Shown: positions 38,201-47,656 of the stretch, one piece after another
Position numbering within the stretch: the stretch's first letter is position 1
Layout of the letters: each line of letters begins with the position of its first letter
Assembly (NCBI RefSeq): GCF_000002075.1
Contig: NW_004797521.1
Coordinates: 293,472 to 357,471 of the forward strand
From: Aplysia californica
Lineage: Eukaryota
Length of the DNA stretch: 64,000 nucleotides
Direction of reading: 5' to 3'
Translations under genes and position numbers: made by a program
Notes under the pieces: generated by a model
What the model was told of the DNA's origin: nothing
Database searches by the model: none
Seen by the model: only the letters and a program-made list of their open reading frames with translations

Positions 38201-41200
38201 CAGGTGGGTTGCACTTAGTACATTATATATTGTAATCCTGTATTGAAGGCCAGGGACAGACAAGTTTTGTGCTGACTGCTCTCTGACTTATACCTGTCCA
38301 ATTAGGGAGGGAGTAAGTTAGTATTTATAATAAGGTAACCTCATGTATATATAGTGACAAATATTTCGGTTCACTTTTATTACCACGATGCTGGGATATT
38401 GTATCCCTCTCTGCCAGAGTTGGTGCAGTGTCAAAGCAGCACTCCTCCTTAATGATAAAATATTTGTGTCAATGGGTATGAAAAAGATTTACGGTTGCAT
38501 TTACAATCATTGCAACTTGAAAAATTTAAGTGGTAGTTATTGTAGTGTCCCTTTTAATGAACAAGTCACGTGGTTCTATTGTATCCGTCTCAGCCAACCT
38601 GCTATTTCCAAAGTATTGTCTCAGTCCCCTCAAAAACGTACAGCACTGCTTCCTTTTAGCCACTCAATTGCTGCCATACTGTCTTTTTTCTGAAGCATTG
38701 TTACTGATTTCTTTTTTCTACAAATTAATAGTGTATCATATCTATACCCTTTTTAAAGAAAATGAAAGCTGAATATACTGGGTGTCTTTTTTTTTTTTTA
38801 AAGGAGGACCCATTTAAACAACAATAACTTGGTTATCTTACCACCAGTTTCCACAAAACTTTGAACAAGCAAAATTCATCCAAGGGAACATGAAATTTTT
38901 TTTTTTTAACACCAGGCATTTGTCTGATCTTCAGAAGGAAAGCTCACAGAACATTCACATTTTTGTCATTAGTTATCTCATTTAGACAGGAAAAAAGACA
39001 GTTCAGGCATTAGTTACCTTAAGGTTTGGCTCCTGGAGCCATAATCTTAGGGTTGCATTTCAAATCTCAGCCTAGGCTGAATGTTGTATCATTAGGAAAG
39101 ACTTTTTTCACAAATATTTCTCAATTCAACCAATTGAGAGTGTCTGCTCAGCTTAGAAAGTTAAAGGCTTTGTCAGCATGTTATTATTTGAGAGCTTATA
39201 CATGTAGATTGAAAAATCCCATTGTATGAATGTTTCCCATGAAGCTGAAAATGCGTAATAATAGTGAAATGCACCAAGTCAATTTCGAGCAGGGGTATTT
39301 GCAATAAGTGCAATTTNNNNNNNNNNNNNNNNNNNNNNNNNNNNNNNNNNNNNNNNNNNNNNNNNNNNNNNNNNNNNNNNNNNNNNNNNNNNNNNNNNNN
39401 NNNNNNNNNNNNNNNNNNNNNNNNNNNNNNNNNNNNNNNNNNNNNNNNNNNNNNNNNNNNNNNNNNNNNNNNNNNNTCTAAATAAACAGTTGATTTGTGA
39501 GTCGAATGCCATGTTAAACACATCAGCGACAGATGACATATGTCAGTCAACCAGGAACTTATTGAACAAATACAAGTAAACTAGCTCATAACCTTATCGC
39601 ATTTTATTCAATTTTTCCCAGATGTACAGCAGTCCTGGCAAGAAAGTGAGCCTGACTGCAGTTGATCGGTTGTACATTGGAGTACCCAAGGGTCAGTGCT
39701 TTGGGCTTCTCGGAGTGAATGGGGCAGGCAAGACGACAGTGTTCAAGATGCTGACGGGGGACATCAGTGTCAGTGAAGGCGATGCTTTCATTGACCAGCA
39801 TAGGTACTTTTTATATAAGGATGGGGACGGGGCAATGTAGTTGTGGAGATTTGAGAAGTTGAAACTGATACAGAAAAAGTTATATTGTCAATTCTCGGGG
39901 TGAAAAAGTTCCAAGACACTCCAGTAAAAGCATATTAATTCTGAAACATTCAGTTTTGTTTGTCTGAATTTTTTTCTCATGTTTTGAATGTTTAAAGAGA
40001 ATCTCTGCTGAATCAACTGTAAATTTAAAATCTGCCTTTGAGGAATGCTTTTGTGATTGTCCATTTCTGACCAGGGTATTTTATGTGATAAGCACTTGTT
40101 CCATTTGTTTTGCGTAATGTACGTTAATGACTCTAGGTCAAGGTAGATATATTTGTTTATTAAATTTACTGTTAGAGAGAGAAGAAGGAGATACACAAAG
40201 AAAAGATGAGAGAGAAAGAGTAAGGAGATTTAAAAACTTAATCAAAAGGAGCCAGCAAACAAAGCAAATTTTGTATTGAGAAATGAAGAAAACTTTGTTG
40301 TCATCATTATGAAAACAGACATTCCTTTCCCGATTTTACATGAATTTCATTTATTCTCTACCAGCATTAAGAAGGATCTGAGAGAAGCTCAAAAAGTGAT
40401 CGGCTACTGCCCCCAATTTGATGCCCTCGACCCACTGCTCACTGGACAGGAACATCTACAGTTTTACGCCAGGATCAAAGGCATTGCCACTGCTCATGTA
40501 AACCAGGTTAGCACTGACCTTTTCTAATTTTTTATTCTTTTTTCTCATGCTCACCCTTGTCAGAGCTAAAAATTCGAAAGTTAACCAGATAGTTTGAAGT
40601 TTTGTATTTATCCTGACCGAAAACTCTTATGATTCCACAATATCTCCCTTAGCTTGCCATTTCATTAAAATTTTGCATCTTTTTTTTTCCAAGAAGAGAG
40701 GGTACTGAATTTAAATCTCTTAAGGACTTAATTTAAAAATATTGCTTTTTTTGTTCATAGCAGTATTGCAATTGTATTTAATATGTCCCCGTACACTGAC
40801 AGTAGAGTGGGCTGTCGTGGTCGAGAGGTTATGGTGTTCGCCTCTCATTCAATAGGTCCCGAGTTCAAATGTGGACAACGATGGAAAAATTTTTTCTCTA
40901 AAATTTTCTTTTTTCACCCCCTTTCCTGCTATCTAAACATGTTGTGTCGTCTGTTTTCGTCTCCACTTTCTGCCCCCACCCCTCACCTCCTTTGCCCCCT
41001 CCTGTAGGCTCTAAACTCTTTCTGAAGCCTTTCTACTGCTACTTCCTAGCCCCTTCTTACCGCTGTCTTTCAGCCAAACCTCTGATTTTATGGTAGGTAA
41101 GATCTAACACCTAGCCTTCTCGGGTAAGGGCGAAAAATCTCTGAGGTCCTGTGTTCAAGTTACACACGTAAAGATCCCTTGGTGGTCCAAAATTGATAAG

Positions 41201-44200
41201 AGTAGGCTTCGGCAGCCACCCGGGCAAAAGTCCAAATTTCCTACTAACTCAAAGTGTTTAATGTGTCCCATGCACTCATATGACCTTATGCAGTTGCGAA
41301 CACAGTAAAACACTTCCAAAAAACAAAACAAATGACAGTAGGTACTCTGATAGGGGAAAAAAAGGAAGAAATTTTCTGACAAGAACATTGTCTAACTCCT
41401 CCAGGTGTCAAGCTGGGCTACTAAGAGACTGGGTCTGTCCCGGTATGCAGACAGAGTATCCGGCAGTTACAGCGGAGGAAACAAACGCAAACTGGCCACA
41501 GCCATTGCCCTTATCGGAAAGCCGTCAGTCATCTTTTTGGTATGTCACTTCTTGTGTTCTTATTTTTGCTCTGTTCTCAGTGTTGTTTTAGTGGCACCTT
41601 TTGATCTAAAAGAATCCACTTAAACCAAAACCTGCAGGACCATTGGATTTTCTTCGGCTTAGTCGTGGTTTGGTTTACAGAGATTTTTCAAATAGTGAAA
41701 AAAAAAAAGGAATTCTATTTTCTTTCTGTTTACTGCTCTTTTTGGACTAAGCGTGTTCTAATGTAATAACATTTATCGATTTTTGTGGTTATTTAAGTTT
41801 AAGACTGTTACACATTATCTCTTTGATAATCCACCCCTGAGTGCTATATAATTTCAGTTTTTTCCACTATCTTCTTGTCGATGCATTTTTCAATTTTTTT
41901 AGTTTTAAACTTTTTTTATCTCCTCCCTTTCTCTCCACCTCTGGCTACCCTATATTCTTGCAATTTATTACCACCAAAACCAGACAATGAAGTACTCTGA
42001 CTTTGACCAAAATTTCACAAGATTTGCTCGGTTTGTTCCAAGACATCCTTTTTGAGATAATTGCTGGGCAGGATTTTAAAAAAATAAAAGTTAAATACAG
42101 GTAATTGTCAATTGTTTTGTTTGAAATAGTCAAACACATGAATGGTGGGAGAGTGCCCTTGTTAGGTCCTATTTGTTTACCTCTCCTCAACAATTTTTGT
42201 CTGATTTTCTTTCTTTCATGTTGGTATTAGATGCCCATTCTTTTTTTTTTGCGATTTGATGTACTGGTTCACCTTACCTAAAAAAAGAAAACTGTTGGTA
42301 GCGGCACAAATGCTGATGTTGGGTAAATATTCCAAATGGATATTTGGCAGATATTCTTAATGACTCATACTTCTCTCCCATCCTTCTCAGACTTTCATTA
42401 TTTATTCCTGTCTTATTTGATGGGTTTTTTCCCCCTCATCTGCTTATAAATTTTTCATCTCAGACAAAACTGTCTTCTTACTTGTATGATTTAAATATAT
42501 GACTTCTGAACTTGTATGCAATCGAACCTACTCTAATGGTCACCTGTCCAAGACAGTCATCTGTACAAACAACCGCTTCCCATCACCCCCTGCCTTTGCA
42601 TTTTAAAAAATAATAATAATACTGAAATGACTACTTGTCTAAGACTACCACTTTTCTCTTTGATAACAGCAGGCTATATCGTACAATTTCAACTGAATAT
42701 CTGGTTTTCTTTTCATGCCGCTAGGATGAGCCCACCACAGGCATGGACCCGAAGGCACGCAGGTTCTTGTGGAACTGCATAAACAACATTGTCAAGTCAG
42801 GATGTTCAGTCATCCTCACCTCTCACAGGTCAGTGTCACCTGCTATAGTATACCACAGATACTTAGGAATTGCAAATAAGACTGATGTTTTTGTTTTGTA
42901 ATAATGCAAATAAGACAGTAGTTTTTTAAAATAATGCAAATAAGACTGTAGTTTTAAACAACGATGATGATGATTAACTGTATCATGTCAGGTGCTGGTA
43001 TTTTTTTTTTTTTTTTTAAATTCTGTACAAGTTTGCTCATTGATTTACCTTTTCCATTTTTATTCTTTTTCCACTTTGAGGCAGAATGATGTGCAAGTTT
43101 CTTGATTGACAAGGTAGCTGGTAATGCTGATGGAATAAATGCAACGTTACAATGTTGTAGTTGTTGTTACAATCAATCCATCAGCTCGTGGTCTTCCAAG
43201 CTTTGGCCCAACACCTTTCAATCTTATTTATAGATCTGTCATCACTGTGAACTTGTGTAAGGTCAGTTCCTGTAAAGAGGAGGCACAGCTAATGTTTTAT
43301 CGATATAGCCCAGAATGTTGTCAATGTTAAGCTTTCAGGAGCATCAAGGTGCAAGGTATGGCAAAAGATATCATTTTAATATGGGTGCAAAACAAATTTA
43401 TCCTGCTAATACCCATGGGGATAAGAAAATGCTTGACTAGTGTTTTAAGATATGGTTAGGAAAGGGATTTTTCTTATCCTCTACTGTTTGATTTTCTTTT
43501 AAGATTATCCTTTGTTTTCCCAGCATGGAAGAGTGTGAAGCCCTCTGCTCCAGACTGGCTATTATGGTAAATGGATCATTCCAGTGTCTGGGCAGTACAC
43601 AGCACCTGAAAAATAGGTGAGCTCTCGTGGATGTGTACCAAAGAGTCTACATAACAAGAGGGTCATCTCCTCTCTTTGAGCCAATTAAAAAAGTGTCCTC
43701 AAAATTGGGTGGCGCCCTCTTCGCAAATGCACACCCTTTGCGAACAGAGTTACCCTACTTGTTTAAAAAAATCAAAGTGAAAGTAACAAGTTTTTGAACA
43801 AATAAGAATTCAAATTTCGGAAGAACGTCTTTTTAAAATGGTTACGCTGACAAAAAACCTTTTCCGGAGGAAGGGGTGACTGTTTTCTGCGTTGAATTTA
43901 ACTTTAGAATGAAAGGCGAGATGTCATTAAAATAAAAAAACAACTAATCTTTGTGTGTACATGACAAGATGACAATGAACTGTTCCTGGCATAAAAACCA
44001 CACAGGTTTTTGTGATGTGCTGGTTAGGCTCTTTCTCTGGCACTCTAGGGACTAGGGTTTTATTCCCACATGGGATAGATTTTCTGGCCACCGCATAATA
44101 TTATGTGCTTTCTGTTAAATCCTTATCTCTGGCAAGCCATTCCCAGAAGCTTGCGGTTGGAATCGCTGTGCTGGTGAGCCGTGAGGAGCCGTGCAGGCAT

Positions 44201-47200
44201 ATTATTACAACTTCACTGTGAAATTGCTTTTCGCCAGTTGCCTAAAAACAACTCTATTTTACCAGGAGTTCATTCAGTTAATGAAGAACCATCAAAATAG
44301 GTTCTCCTGTTTTGATTTAATGACCAATTTAGTAACGTATATGTCACTTTTAGATTTTGTATCAAAAGAGGGCCCTGACATAGTGGGAGATAAAGAGTTA
44401 AGATGTATATTCCACACAGTGTAGGTTGACTCTGAGAGGCAGGGTTGAAACAAAATGCATGCCAAATGATATATACTATGTCTATGGGGACATAAAACTT
44501 CTCTGTATAAGATATTTTGACTACATGCCATTGGTGTCAAAAGAAGTTTCCTAAATAAATATTTGCCTTGGTTAAAAGTATGTATGGAGTATGTATTGTG
44601 CATTTTCTGATCAATAAATATCTTGAATGATTTGAGGACTCTGAAAAGCATTGTTTAGAGATTTTGGAAATAAGATATTCATCTTTTGTTTTGCATACTA
44701 GTGAAAAGTCATTTTACTTTAAAAACAGAGTGGCCGATTTTCTTTTACAAAAAATAAAAAGTAATTTTGCCCAGTGTGTTTTACACACATATTAAAAGTG
44801 TTATGTTCGTATATGAACTTTTTATTGAGGCTACTCTTTTACTGTCAATGGTGCAGGTTTGGCAGTGGTTACACAATCACATTACGTGTGGGTGGAGAGA
44901 CACCAAATTTGGCACCTGCCATGGGTTTTGTCACCGCTGCACTCCCAACTGCAGCTCTGAAAGAGAAGCACCACAACATGCTACAGGTTGGTCATGAAGC
45001 CAAAAATATATTTATGTTTTTAGATTTTTTTTTAAACCCTGGAAGCGTGCAATCTTTCACCAGAAATGATCTGCCCCAAATGCCCAGCCGCCATGGCGGA
45101 TTGGTTGTAAACATGGGGGTTTGGCCAGGGCTATCAGCTGAGATATCAGAGATTTATACCTGCTACTGAAAAATGACCACTTACGGCTCAAATCAACAGA
45201 TGATAAAAGACATATAAAACCCTATCTTTTCTCAAAGCTGATAGAATTAACTATTCAAAAATAATAAGCGATCAAACAATTATAAACAAAGCGCAAAATG
45301 TGATGAAGTCAACAATTAGTAAATTAGGACAGCGGAACAAGTAATAACACATAGCGTGTAGTCGTTCAGCTGGATCACGTCACTTTATCAATCGATATCT
45401 TAGTTTTAGTAGAGGGTTTACGACGCTCGCAACTGCAAAAGGTCATATGAGTGCCATAAGATTAGAGGTATTACAAGAGGTATTACAAACATAAAAAAGA
45501 AGAAAGGGAGATGAGGACGATAGCTGTTTGATAGGAAAGAAGGAGCAAACCACACCAGAGCACCCGCCAACCACCCACGATCGATATCTGAGCCAACATA
45601 CGTGCTACAAAGTCAAAATGACTTGCAAACTCATTGGTCACTATTTATAACTTTGACCTGCAAGTTACTACATCATTTACTATATAAGGAACACTGAAAT
45701 TTTCCATTAAAAAAGGTCAGGGTCTACGCCCTTTATATAGGGCCTGCGCGCTTCCCGGTCAGATTAGGTTGGCCCTTTATGCAGAGTCGTCGTACTTCCC
45801 AGGTAGCCGGGCTCACGCCTTATTTAGGGCCATCGAGCTTCCAGGGTTAATTTTAAAGTTATAGATTGCCAGAATTTTTGCTACATTTCTTTTGACATTA
45901 TGAAAGGGTCTAGATTAATGCTGGTAATTGTGTAGATTCCTGTATAAGAATTTATGGATTTCTCAAGAAGAAGCAAGTGTTCTTAAAATCTATTTAAAGA
46001 TGTGATATATGAAGATAAATAAACTGCTGATTAAATAGTGTTGTCTTACTGAACCTCATTCTCAAACTTACTTACACTGTTGCAGTATCACCTGAGCCTG
46101 TCTGGTGTGGCACTGAGTCAGCTGTTTCACACCATGGAGGAGGCAAAGTACCGTGGGCTGCTAGAGGATTTCAGTGTGTCTCAAACCACTCTGGATCAGG
46201 TACTTATTAAACAATAAGTTTAGAAAATGAAAACAGCCCTTATTTTTCATATCTGTGAAGCGTGCTGACAAAATGATTTACTTTTCGATATCCACAAATG
46301 GAGATACTAGCCAAAAATCGACACTAGGGTCAAATTTGTTGGTTTTCTATTGATGCCATATCTTCAAGTATAACATGCCTTTTATTATTTCGTACTTCTC
46401 AATTGTAAAAACTTCACCTATAAGTGTGATGTACAGTGGAATCCACTTATAACGAGTCCTGAAATAACGAGAAGTCTGTTATAAAGACACTATTCTAAAA
46501 CCCCGTTTTTTTCCCTTCTTTATCTTTGTAAATAAAATACTGCTATTGCGCAATCAGACAAACAAGCGAGTCGGTTATTGCGTAATATTGCTGCTGCTGT
46601 GCACAGCGCATAGGCCATTTATTCATGCAAAACCTTGCCAGTAAAGAAACTTTGTTGTTGATCTTGCAAAACAAAGAATGGGAGAGCCCACGTGTGCCAA
46701 CGATGAAGGTCGGAGAGAATGAGTGGGGAGGATGTGGTATGCTCAGACGAGCAGAACGCATCACGTGATAAGCCAGCCTAGTCTAGACTATCTAGGCCTA
46801 CCACGCCTCTCACTTCTCCGATGCGGGGATGGAGAGATCACAACGATGTGACTGTGATGGGATGGATTGAGTGAATGTGTGACTTGCGCAAGCAGACGGA
46901 ACGCACCACAAGGTGTGGTGGGGTGGGGGGACAACACAGTGGACGAGTTAGCCTGGAGAACTTTCTTTCTGATCACCAACGCCAAGCTGTCAACATTACT
47001 AGCGCTAGAGAAAGAAACCTTATTCGATTTTTGATCAAGTAGGGCCAAGAGATCATGTTCAACCAAATTATCATCAGAGGAGATTACAAAAAGAAACAAA
47101 CAGAAAATCAGACTCATAAATTCGGCCTACTGTACTATTTCCCTTGAATTTATTATTGGATCCCTTATAATGAGAATCCTGCTATAATGGATGTTTAGCA

Positions 47201-47621
47201 CTGGTCCCCTCCCTCTAGTTATAACAGGATTCCACTGCATCTATTTCCATAGGGCTCAAATCTAAGAAGTAACTTATTTTATCTGCATACTTCTCATTTT
47301 GTAATATAATATACCAAAAGCTAACCTTTTCAATGATGTGATGCAGTAGTTACTTCTCTGATATTGGTAATGCTCTCTATTGCACAATCAAATGGATTGG
47401 TGTTGTCATTTTTTTAGGTTTTCATCAACTTTGCCAAATCGCAAGCCGACCTGCTGGACTATGAATCTCAAAACACTCCCAGCAATGGTGCTAGCCAAGC
47501 CACTGTTGTGTCTGATGACATGACTGCCAGTGGCACAAGTGCTGTAGGAGTGGACCTCAGCAAAGTTTTCCATACAAGTGAGTACATTGATATGTGTATG
47601 TGTGCGTGCATGCGCGCGCGC

Positions 47622-47656
<35 letters not shown>

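Noticed and set aside
40808-40880. tRNA gene
   Set aside because: The tRNA-like A/B boxes are the head of a SINE; there is no complete cloverleaf, and it continues into a repeat body with TSDs.
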